Source: Rebecca billardiae RCC1528
Lineage: Eukaryota; Protista; Haptophyta
Assembly (NCBI GenBank): GCA_965240325.2
Contig: OZ251223.1
Span: forward strand, 1,922,001-1,986,000
DNA length: 64,000 bases
Direction of reading: 5' to 3'
This document shows positions 22,473-33,136 of this stretch, piece by piece. Within the stretch, counting starts at the first letter, position 1, and the number at the start of each line of letters is the position of its first letter. The notes below the pieces were generated by a model, which worked only from the letters and a program-made list of their open reading frames with translations, was not told the DNA's origin and did not search any database. The position numbers were made by a program, and so were the translations under genes.

Positions 22473-24193
22473 ATGACGCTCGGCGGCCCACCCGCCGGTG
22501 GAGGGGCGGTGGGCGCGCTTCTGCGGCTGCTCTGCGAGGATCCGACGTCCGCGGCGGACGCGGCGGCCGAGAAGCAGCGGCTCGACGACTTCCTGCTGCA
22601 GAACGCACAGCGGTACTCGTTTGCGTCGAGCGAGCACCGCGAGCTGCTCCGGCTGCTCGCCGAGCGGCGCTTCCTCTCGCGCGAGCGATGGGCGGCGCTG
22701 CAGCCTGACCACGAGCTGCGCGTACTGCAGGCGATGCGCGTCCTCCTCCGCGACGAGCGCAACCGCGCGGCCTTCGCCGAGCTCGGCGGCGTCGACGCGC
22801 TGTGCGAGGTCTTCTCGAGCGCGATGGACGCGCACTTTGGCGACGAGTCGGACGGCGGGTACGTGTCGGAGATGCTCGTGGAGATCCTGTCGATTGTGAA
22901 GCGCTTCGCGGACTCGGACCACGCGCTGCCCGCCGCGCTGTACGAGACGCTCGCGCTGCTCCTCCGCTCGCGGGACGCGCTCGTGCTGCAGTGCGCGCTC
23001 GTCGCCGCGTGCCAGCTCGCCAAGCTCGCCTCGCACCGCGCGGCGCTGGCGCGGCTCGAGTGCGGCGAGGTGCTGCTGCGCACCCTCGCGGACGGCGAGC
23101 CCGCGTTCAAGACGCTCGCCGCCGAGATCCTCGAGCGCCTCGTCCTCGAGCCCGCCTTTGCGCGCGCGCTCGTGGGCGGGTGCGAAGGGCTGCCCGTGCT
23201 GCTGTCGCAATTGCACGCGGATGAGTCGCGCCTCTCGCTGTCGCTGCTGCGCGCGCTGGAGACGCTCGCGGCGGACGAGGAGAGCCAGCGCGAGCTGCGG
23301 CAGCTCGGCGGGCTGCACGTCGTGCTCTCGCTCCTCGCGCCCGCCGTGCAGGCGCTGCAGAGCGGCGGCGCGCTCTCCGCGCCGCCGCCGAGCGCCGCCC
23401 AGGGCGCGCCGCCGCCGCCCGTCTCGCGCGAGCTCTCGGCGGACGTGCGCGTGGGCGCGGGCGCGGGCGTGATGGCGGGCGCGGCGGAGTGCGGCCCGCG
23501 CGCGGCGTCGCACCCGCCCACCTCCACGACCACGCCGCGTGCCACGCTGCAGCCCGCGTACCTCGTCGCCGTGTGCCAGCTGCTCGGACGGCTCGCGGTC
23601 GACAATGAGAACGCGCACGCGCTGCGGAAGGCCAACGCCGTCTTTCTGCTGGGCCAGCTGCTGCTGCCCGCGGCGGGGGAGGCGGGCGGCGTGGGCGAGG
23701 GCGGCGGCGCGGACGCGCCGGCGGGCGCGCCGGCGCACCCCGCCGCCGGCGCGGCCGCCGCCGCCGGCGCGCGCGCCGGTGGCTCCTCAGACGCTCTGAG
23801 CGTGCGCACCGCCGCGCTGTGCGCGCTGCGCTGTCTCTTCTCGACCGAGCGCAACCGGCGGATCTTCAAGCGGCTGTTCCCGCCGGACATCTTCGCCGCG
23901 TTTATCGACATCGGGCACTACGAGCACGGGCTGGGCGCGTACGTGCCGCTCGTGCGCGCGCTCTCCGCGCTGCCCGCCGAGGCGCACGCGCGCGTGCGCG
24001 AGGCGCTGGACGACATCAACGTCGTGAAGGGGCCCGCGCGCCGCTCGGTGCGCGGGTACGCGCTGCAGGAGCTGCTGGGGCGCGGCGCGTTCGGCTGCGT
24101 GTTCCACGGCGTGAAGGGCGGCGCGGGGGGCGGGGAGTACGCGGTGAAGCAGCTGCCGCTCACGATGGCGGCGGACGGCAGCTCGACCGCCGA

Positions 24194-24229
<36 letters not shown>

Positions 24230-26485
24230 CGACTCGGAGGCGGCGGCCGCGCGCGTGCGGCGCGAGGTGGCCATCCTCTCTGGGCTGCACCACCCGCATA
24301 TCATCCGGTACTACGAGTCCTTCTCCGAGGCGGAGTCGCTGTACATCGTGACCGAGCTTGTGGACGGCGCGACGCTGCTCGACCACCTCACCGCGCTGCA
24401 GGAGAAGCGTCAGCGGCTGCCAGAGCCGCGCGTGTGGCAGATCTTCGTGCAGCTGCTGCTCGCACTGCGCTACTGCCACAAGGAGGCGGGCGTGGTGCAC
24501 CGCGACCTCACGCCCTCCAACATCATGCTCACCGCGGACGGCACCGTCAAGCTCGCCGACTTTGGGCTCGCGCGCGCGCGCGCCTCGGCGGACGGGCGCG
24601 AGCAGCTGCTGGAGAGCGTGGTGGGCACGGTGCTGTACCAGTCGCCCGAACTGATCAAACACGAGGTGGGGCGCAAGGGGGGCGCTGGGGGAAAATGGGG
24701 GGCGCTGCGCATGGCTGCGCCGCGCTGCGCCGCGCCGCGCCCGGGGCAGCGGCAGCGCAGGAAGCGGCCGCCGCCGATCGGCGGCGGCCGCGGGGCCGGG
24801 CGCGCGCGCCGTGCGCGCACGCGGCGCGGGCGGCGCTCATGCCCCCCAGCGCACGTGCCGCCTCCTCCCCCGCCGCCCCGCCCGCGCGCGCGCCCTCCCT
24901 CGCAGGCGTACTCCGACAAGGCGGACGTGTGGGCGCTGGGGTGCGTGCTCTACCAGTGCGCCATGCTCGAGCCCCCGTTCTCGGGCACCAACCCGCTGGT
25001 GGTCGCGCAGCGGATCGTCGACGGCGCGTACCCGCCTCTGGACGGCGCGTGCTCGCCCATGCTGCACGACGCGGTGGCGCGCTGCCTCACCGTGCGCGAG
25101 GAGGACCGGCCGGACGCGGACGGCGTCGGGCAGCTCGTCGCGCCCAAGCTGCTCGCCGAGCTGGACCGGCTCAACGCCGCGCAGTCCGCGCTCTCCGCCG
25201 AGCTCGCCACCGAGCGCGAGCGGCGCGTCGAGCGAGAGCGCGAGGCGGCGCGCAACAAGGAGGCGATGCACAGGCTGATTGCGCGCTCCGCAACCGCCGA
25301 CAGGCCGGCGGGCGGCGGCGGCGGCAGTCGCGGCTCCTCGCCCGCCTCCGCGCGCCCGCCCGCCGCCGAGGCGTGTCTTGCGCCCGCGCCGACGTGCGCG
25401 GGCGCGAGCGGCGCGGGCGGCGGCGGCGCGCGCCCCGGCGCAGTGCCGGCGGCCGAGGCCGCGATGCCCGCCAGCGCGCGCGGCTCGGATGGCGGCGCGC
25501 CGGCCGTGAACGGGGCAGCAGCCGCGGCGGGCGGGGGCGGCGGCGGCGGCGGCGCGGAGCGACCGCCGCCGCCCGCCGGCCTCGCGCTGCAGCGGCTCCA
25601 GCGGCTCTCGTCCGCGGAGGGCAGCGCGCTGCTCGACTCCGGCGGCCAGCCCTCGCCGCTGCGCCGCCTCAACTCGGGCGCCTCGGTCCCCGCCGGCCGC
25701 TCCCAGATGCTGTCCATCTCCCCGCACCGCATCCGTGAGATCAACGACCCGGCGTCTCTGCTGCTCAACCAGCTGCACAAGGTGCTCTTCATCGAGCAGC
25801 TGCCGCCCTCGCTGCACGCGCACGCGGTGCGGCGCGGGCGGCGCACTCGCGATCGCGCGCGCCAACAGCACCACCGCCGTGCCACCGCCGCGCGCGCGCG
25901 ACGACACCCACCTGAGCGCCGCGCCCCTCGCGCCGCGCCCCTCGCGCCGCGCCGCCCGCCCCCCGCCGTGCGCAGGAGCGAGCGATCGTCGAGCGGTACA
26001 AGCGCTCGCTCTTCGCGCACCGCCCGGGCGCGCGGCCGCGCGCGCTCAAGGACGAGCTGCACAAGCTGATGTCCGGCTCTCGCGAGCTGGTGGACCTCAG
26101 CCTCGCCTCAGGCCTGCCGGCGCGCGCGACCGCCGAGCTGGGCGCGTCGGGCGCGTCGGGCGGGCAGCACCACGTGAGCTACGAGTCGCTGCAGCAGATG
26201 ATTGAGAAGGTGCTGGCGGACACGGGCTACTACGACGTGACGACCACGCCGGTCGAGGGCGATGGCTCCGAGGGCGGCGGGCCGCCCGCCGTGGGCACGT
26301 CGACGTCGATGCCGGACGGCCTCTCCGCAAACGCGACCAACGCGCGCGCGGGCCGGATCTCGATGGCCAACGGCGCCTCCTCGCCGCTCGGCGCGGTGGT
26401 GCCGCCCTCGCGCATGTCGTCACTGCCTCCGGGGTACGCTGTGAAGCGGAACACCCCACGGAGGCTGGTGCGACCTTGGGAATGA
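22473..26485 (+). CDS. NEK10: NEK10-like Ser/Thr kinase (ARM repeats + kinase); introns 24666-24905 and 25827-25975
   Basis: LRCLFSTERNRRIFKRLFPPDIFAAFIDIGHY, LGRGAFG, HRDLTPSN, DFG, KADVWALG, IREINDP..LLNQLHKVLFIEQLPP, IVERYKRSLF. Confidence 0.88.
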
Positions 26486-26673
26486 ACATGGTATGATGGC
26501 AATAGTAACATAGCGCTACTACTGAGCTATTACTATAGTAGTAGCTACCATAGTGTTTCTACTGTAGTAGTAAGTGAGTTTTCGTCTAAACCTCGTTCCA
26601 TGGGCAGCCCGGGGCGGTTCGAATGAATTCTTTTTAATAAAATTGGCGGGCATGCACCGCATCCGCGCGTGGG

Positions 26674-28846
26674 ATGGCGGCGGGATCCCCGGACGCGGGT
26701 CCCACTAACGCCGGCACGATGGGGGCGATGCGGATCCCCGGCGACGTGCTCCTCCTCATACTACTATACGCACTCGCTCCGGCCTACGGGACAGGGCTGG
26801 ACGCGCGTGGCGCCGACCGGGTCGGTTCAAGTCCGCTGGCCGCGTACACGTGTACTGCCTCCTTCGCGCGCGGCGCGTACGAGCTGCACTGGCGGCTCGA
26901 GCGTGCGGCAGAGTGCGCGGCCGCGCAGCACACGGAGGACGAGCTCTGTGATGGCGCGCGTCGTGAGGTGCACCTCGCGCTGCAGATCCAGCTGCGCGGC
27001 GACGCCGCCATCCAAGCGCGCGAATTGGGCTGGTGGGCCGGCTTCGGCCTCGCCGAGGCTGGCGGCATGCGCGGAGCCGACATGTTCCGCTTCGAGGCCA
27101 ACACGACGACGACCCAGCTCGTGGACACGCACACGACGACCACGCCGCGCATGCTCCGCGACGAGAGCCAAGACTGGCGGCTCACCGTGCCCGCGCGGAC
27201 GAGGTGGAGCGCGAGCGACGGTGCCGCCTTCGGCGCCACCATCGAGGTCGCGCGCCGACTGACAACCACGGACACGCTGTTCGACCGCCCGTTTGCGTTC
27301 GACGCGCAGCTGCCGTTCCTGCCGACGCGCGTCGTCGGGCAGTGGGGCGCGGGCGCGTACGACCCCGACGCGCCGCTGGGCACCGTCCGCGCGCAGCTGC
27401 GCCTGCACGCGCCCGCTTGCACCGTCGACTCGCTCAGCGAGGTCCGCGCCGACCCCGAGGTGGTGCGCGTGCGCGTGCAGAAGCGCGGCTACTTGGTGAG
27501 CCCCAAGCGGCTCAAGGACAACGCAAGCGCCACGACGGTGTATCACACGGGCTGCTTCGAGCTGGCGACGCTGCCGGGGCAGAACCGATCGCTCCACATG
27601 CTCGGGCGCGGCGCGCACATCATCGCCGTCGAACCCGTCTTCAAGCCCGCGTGGCACCGGCAGTTCATCCACCACATGACGCTCTTCGGCAGGCACCGCC
27701 CGTGCGCCCCCGTCGGCAACAGAAGCGGCATGTGGTTCCAGAACGCGGCGCCGGCGACGCCCGTGTACGCGTGGGCAGCTGGCCACGAGGGCCTGGTCCT
27801 CCCGCCCGAGGCTGGCTTCCGCATCGGCGGGCCGGCATTCGGCGGGATCCTCTCCTTCGACCTGCAGGTGCACTATGAGCTGACCGCTGACGCGTTCCGG
27901 CCACAGCCGGGGACGGACGATGGCGCCCCGGGCGCGCCGGAGGGCGAGCCGAGGTTCGTGGACTACTCGGGCTTCCTGCTGCACGTCACGCCGAGGCTGC
28001 GCAGGTACGACGCCGGCTTCCTCTCGAGCGCCGATCCTATCGACTCGCTCAAGCCGCGGCCGATGCCCATCGGCTGCCCCGAGTACACGTACACGTGTGG
28101 TGCACAGTGCACACGGTCCGACATGGCCGTCGGCTTGGCTGCGGGCGAGCGAGCACGGCTTGGCTTTGCGCAGGAGCTGCCCAAGCCGCTGGGATCAATC
28201 AACGCGACGGCAAGCGGGCCGCGCATCTTCGTCTTCATGCACATACTGCACATGCACTTCACGGGCGAGCGCATGCAGTACTCGCAGTGGCGCGCGGATG
28301 GCACCCTCGTGCGTGAGCAAGCGGTGCGCGGCTGCGGCGCCGCGCGGCGCGGCGAGCGCCTTGCGGCGCGGTGCGGGCGGCCCACACTGCGCGGTGTGTC
28401 CCTGACCTCGCGCCGAGCTGCCCACCCCGCAGATCGACTACTTCGACGGCGACGCCGCACAGATATTCCCGCACCCCTCTGTGGGCGCTGGGTACACCAT
28501 CGACGCGGGCGACTCGTACGCCGTTCAGTGCACGTACCGCAGCGAGCCACCTGACGGCGGCCGCTTCGGGGCTGGCGCGAAGAGCGAGATGTGCCTCTCG
28601 ATGATGTTCTACTACCCGAGGATGCGCTACATTCGAGGCTGTGGGCCTGCGCGCGCCCTTCGCGCATCGTCCGCGCGCCGTCGCCGGCGTGCAGCAAATG
28701 AGACGACGGTACGAGTGGCGGACCGCCCCGATGTGCCTGAGGGAGGCTGGGATCTCTGCCACGGGAATCTGCACCGCGTGCGCGTTTGGCCGGATGACGC
28801 GCACGTGCCCCGCCGCTGGGGTGTTGTTGAAACGTCATCGCCATGA
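26674..28846 (+). CDS. DOMON + copper type II ascorbate-dependent monooxygenase (DBH/MOXD1-like), secreted; intron 28324-28432
   Basis: WAGFGLAEAGGMRGADM (DOMON); Cu ligands IHHM, QVHY, LHMH, EMC; signal peptide. Start could be 26719. Confidence 0.85.
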
Positions 28847-29007
28847 GATCTCATAGCAGCAGTCGTGTCTGTCAGACTCCGCGGGATCCGGCGCGAAGTC
28901 TCAATCAAGTCACGACTGACGCCGATCACACTCCGCGGAGTCAGTACTGCTGCTGTCTGCTTAATTAAATGAAGTAGGCGCGGAATGCCGATGATCGGAA
29001 TGACGAT

Positions 29008-29030
<23 letters not shown>

Positions 29031-29058
<28 letters not shown>

Positions 29059-29069
29059 GTATATACATA
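29031..29069. repeat. (TA)n microsatellite
   Basis: Direct reading. Confidence 0.95.
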
Positions 29070-29658
29070 TCAGCTATATAGTATATTCCGATACAGTGAC
29101 ACTCATCAGGACAAGTAGAATAGCTAGTGATACACGGTTGTGACAGTAGTGCATCATTATTCATTGGCTGAGTGACGTCTAGACTATCATATCACTATAC
29201 TACTGCATGTAACTAGTGACGACGATGATCTGCTCAGATTCTCAGCATTGACAGATTTGACTCATCATTCTCATTCTGAACTGTGATTAATCAGTGAAGT
29301 GCCAGAGTCCGGGATTCGCGAGGTCGCGTTATACTCTTCACCGCCGCCGGATCCAGCTGACCGGTCAGTCCATTCCCCTGCAGCTCTGTACATAATAAAT
29401 TGTATACCCCGCGGTGTGCCAGGGCTCCCGCCGCCCGGGCCGCGGCGGGCCCGGCCGGGTGGCCGGGTGCGGGACCGTCGTGCGGGCCACCGAGCGTCCG
29501 CCTCAGGCGCCTCGGGCCCTGCCAGTAGGTGCAGCACTCGGCCACGCGGGCCGGCGGCGGCGCGGCCGGCGCGGGAACCGCGCGGAGGCTCTGCTGATCC
29601 GCCAGGTCCTCGTCCACCCGGACCCGCTGAGGCTGGGTGCTCCGCCCGCCCTCCGCTG

Positions 29659-30288
29659 TCATCGAAGGGACACGTCGCGCGGAAACGGATCGAGTGGTGC
29701 GCCTGCGTGCGGTGTGTTGATGCTCCACGAGACCACGTTGGAGTAGCGGTCTCCAGTGCGCTCGAGACTCGCGGGAGTGTTCACCGGTCTGAGCCAGGCA
29801 GCCCGCGGGACGTTTGCTGCGTGTAGGGGCGTGAACGTCTCAGAGACGATCGCCTGGCGCACCCAGGCGTCGTGTGCCGCTGTGGGTACGAGCGGGTGTG
29901 TGTTTGTCTTGGTGTGCACAGGCACCTTGCTGCGGAATGCTGCGCTCGAGCGCACGGGGTCGTGAATCCACTCCTGAGTGGGCGTGTAGAGTGGCGTCGC
30001 TGCCGTTACATGCTTCGTATTTTTGGCCGACGGCGCGTGGCTCAGGCTGTGCGTTGGCGCATACGATGAGCGCTGTGCAGTGCCCGAGGCAAACGCCGCG
30101 CTGTGCTTGCGGCCCCGAGTCTGCGCAATGGACGATGAGAGCTGCACGTGCTGCTTCGTGCGGTAGCCGTTCATCGTCCAACCCTGCGATCGCTCCCACT
30201 TGTTCCGCTTCTGCGGCCCGGCTGCGTCATGGCTCACCCACTTTAGAGGGGCTATCTTCCTCTCCGGGGCTGAGTTGGGCGCCATCAT
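29659..30288 (-). CDS. Hypothetical protein
   Basis: 209-aa ATG-started ORF with non-antisense-like composition and repeated SAAFxS motifs; divergent from S15. Confidence 0.35.
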   Translation of the reverse strand: MMAPNSAPERKIAPLKWVSHDAAGPQKRNKWERSQGWTMNGYRTKQHVQLSSSIAQTRGRKHSAAFASGTAQRSSYAPTHSLSHAPSAKNTKHVTAATPLYTPTQEWIHDPVRSSAAFRSKVPVHTKTNTHPLVPTAAHDAWVRQAIVSETFTPLHAANVPRAAWLRPVNTPASLERTGDRYSNVVSWSINTPHAGAPLDPFPRDVSLR

Positions 30289-30449
30289 GCCGCCCGCCGT
30301 GCCACCCGCACGTTACCTGCCCGCGATTGTCCGGGGATGCCGCGCGCCACGGCGCCGGACTGTTGGAACGCAGGATCTTGATCGATCTCGCTCGCTCGTC
30401 GCCAGAAGAGAGACGCGTGGCGACGGTGGACGTCTGCTTGTCGCGAGGC

Positions 30450-31411
30450 ATGTGGGCAGCGATGGCGATCCCGCTCACAGTGCTGTTGGGACTTGCGCAC
30501 ACCTGCGGGGCGTTCGTGGCGACGCCGAGCCCCGCCCACCGGCCGGTACGTCCCTGCGCGGCGCCGCCCACCCCGCGGCCATGCCGCGACGGCAGGCGAC
30601 CATTCATCTCATTAACGATGATGTCGCGCACTCTTGCGCGGAATGTGCTGCGGCTTTGGCGCGGCGTGCACAGGCGGTGGCTCGGACGCAGGCATACCGA
30701 TCCTTTGGCATCGTCATGTCGGACGCGGAGGCGGGCGAGGGGGTCGCGACTGCGCCGATGCCGGCTGCGTCTTCTGGGCCCGTCACGGCCTACCCAGAGC
30801 TGGGCCTGTCTGAGGATGACATGCGCGAGGGCGAGGATGTCACGGGCCTGCTTGCGGAGCTGGCGCGCGGCGACGGCGCGAGTGGCGAGGCCGCGACGAT
30901 GGACCCGGTGGGGCCGTACGTCAACGCCCAGGCCCTCTCGAGCGCACTGGATATGTGGAAGAAGCACGACAAGGATGTCGGCTCGTCTCAGGTGCGTGCG
31001 GCGCAGCGCAGCGCTGCGCGCAGGGGAGAGCAGGGCGTGGCATGGCTCGGCAGGACGGCGCATGCTGCGGGCACGGGCGGCTAGGCGCATGCGCTCTCTG
31101 CGCGCTCACGCCGCCTTGCCCCGCCCCCACCGCGCGTGACGCCTGCCCTCGTGCAGGTGCAAGTCGCGCGCCTGTCGGAGCGCATCGCCTACTTGACCAC
31201 GCACCTCGGCAAGAACAGGAAGGACAAGGCGGGCGAGCGCGGGCTCGTGCTCCTGGCCAACCGCCGCCGGAGGCTCCTCAAGTACCTCATCAACGAGGAC
31301 CAGGAGATGTTCGAGAAGATCACGGCGCACTACGGCATCCGCACGCGCAAGATTGTCGAGGAGTCGCTCGGAGTGACGCGCCTCGAGAAGAGCCGCAAGG
31401 GCTCGATCTGA
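30450..31411 (+). CDS. rps15: Nucleus-encoded plastid ribosomal protein S15 (uS15); introns 30546-30673 and 30992-31156
   Basis: HDKDVGSSQ|VQVARLSERIAYLTTHLGKNRKDKAGERGLVLLANRRRRLLKYL; signal peptide ending TCGA-F. Confidence 0.9.
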
Positions 31412-32066
31412 TCGCGTGCTCGCCAGTGCAGCCGCTGCCGCCGGCTCGATGCCGTGCGGGTTCCGAGCTGTCAGTCCAATCGCGATTGGCTGCCGCGGCT
31501 CTGAGGTGGATACATGGGCTGAGGCTGCAGGGAAGTCAGTCGGTCCGCGCGGCCTGCGCGGAGTGCTCGCCTTCAGCCATGCGACTATTGCGACCGTCGT
31601 CCGCCTGCGCGGATTGGCTGTGAGTGAGACAGTGAGTGTGGCGGCGCTGCCCGTTGCCCGTTCCCGTTTTGGCCAGCCTGGCGCAGCCTGGCTTTCGCGG
31701 TTCGCCAGGCTTGTTATGAATAATTGACACTGCGCGCGCCTGGTTAGCACGGCACGGCTGCACGCCGGTGGCCTTATAAGCCCGGAATACGGGAATACTG
31801 CTCAATATTCTGATGTATGATTTTATAAAAAGACTAACAGGCACGAGGGCGCAGCTCGATCCTGATTCGTCTGTCGAAGGACTGAATGGAGTTAATGGAG
31901 GATGTCGGAGCGCGTTGGCCGCGGGTGAGGGAGTCGGCGTCGTCCCCGATGCTGATCACACGGTCACGGAGGTAGTTATAGTAGGCGCCCAGGGATGCCG
32001 CTGTTTTACTGACGATAAAGATGCCCGAGGCGGCCGATATTAAATACCGCGGATACTGGCGTGCTC

Positions 32067-32190
32067 TTGCGTCTGAGGTCATGGGTTCAAACCAGTTTCC
32101 AGGTCTCTCTTCGGAGAGCGTGCGATGAAGGATGGCGCGGCAACCTGCCACCGTGAGCCTTACGCACGTTAAAACAAATAATAAACTGTA
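32067..32190 (+). mobile_element. tRNA-related SINE-like repeat, longest copy
   Basis: AGGTCATGGGTTCAAACC (T-arm/B-box-like), CTCTC-TTCG-GAGAG hairpin, 3' TACGCACGTTAAAACAAATAATAAA tail. Partial copies at 3685 and 9558. Confidence 0.55.
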
Positions 32191-33136
32191 GAGTGTAGTC
32201 CCGGCCCTGGCTGATTGAGACCCAGCCGTTTCATCTCCGCGACGTCGATTTTCTGGCGACGCCGCTCCGCGCCAGCGCGGAGCTCGTCAGAAAAGGCGGG
32301 GTCTCAACCCGCCAGGTCCCGGCCGCCCGGCGTCATCGGGCGGACCGACGGCCGCCAGGTGCTGAATATTTAATTGAAATCCGAATCAGGCGCGGCTCGG
32401 CACTGCTGACTGCGGGCGCGGCACTGCCCACTCGCTGTCTGAGTGTCTCGCAGTCGCAGGCCAGTCAGCGGCCTGACAGTCTCTGGCTCTGCACAGTGAG
32501 TCAGCCTCACGGAAGCCAGCGGTGCAGGACTTCTGGTCCCGCGACTCACAGGCTCACAGCTACGGTCCGTCACTCGTCAGCACTCGCTCAGTCTGAGTCT
32601 GCCCAATCTGACGCCGTCACTCGTCACGTCAGTTGACCGCCGAGACAGCCCCCGAGTGCGCGGGCCGAGTGGCGCGGGCCGAGTCCGACGGCTGAGTACG
32701 ACGGCGCCGCGACTATTACTCCGAATCTGACGGCGGCAATGTGATGATATATCCATCGCAAGATTCCAACGGCAACTGAGTCTGAGTTCTGCGTCTGCAG
32801 ACCCGCGCACCGTGACTCACTGGTAACACAATAAACACTCTGAGTTACACTGACCGTCGGACGAATGCGGGACTATATTGCTGTATTGAGTGCATTGGGA
32901 GCGGCGCGGGCGAGTCCTGAGACAGTACAGGCAGTAGTACTGGACTTTCAGGCCACTGTACTGACGAGACGGAGTCTGACTGTCATCTGTAGCTTATCGG
33001 CAGCGGCAGCGGCGCCGCGCGAGCCCGCCGGCCCCGCCGCGTGGCCCCGCCGACGCGGCCCGCAGGCGCAGCGCGCGCCGTGGCCCGCGCCGGCGGAGGC
33101 AGCCGAAAGCAGCCGCGCGGGAGCTCATGACACCAC

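Noticed and set aside
32055-32110. Functional tRNA gene
   Set aside because: Only the T-arm region resembles tRNA. No acceptor stem or convincing D-arm is present.
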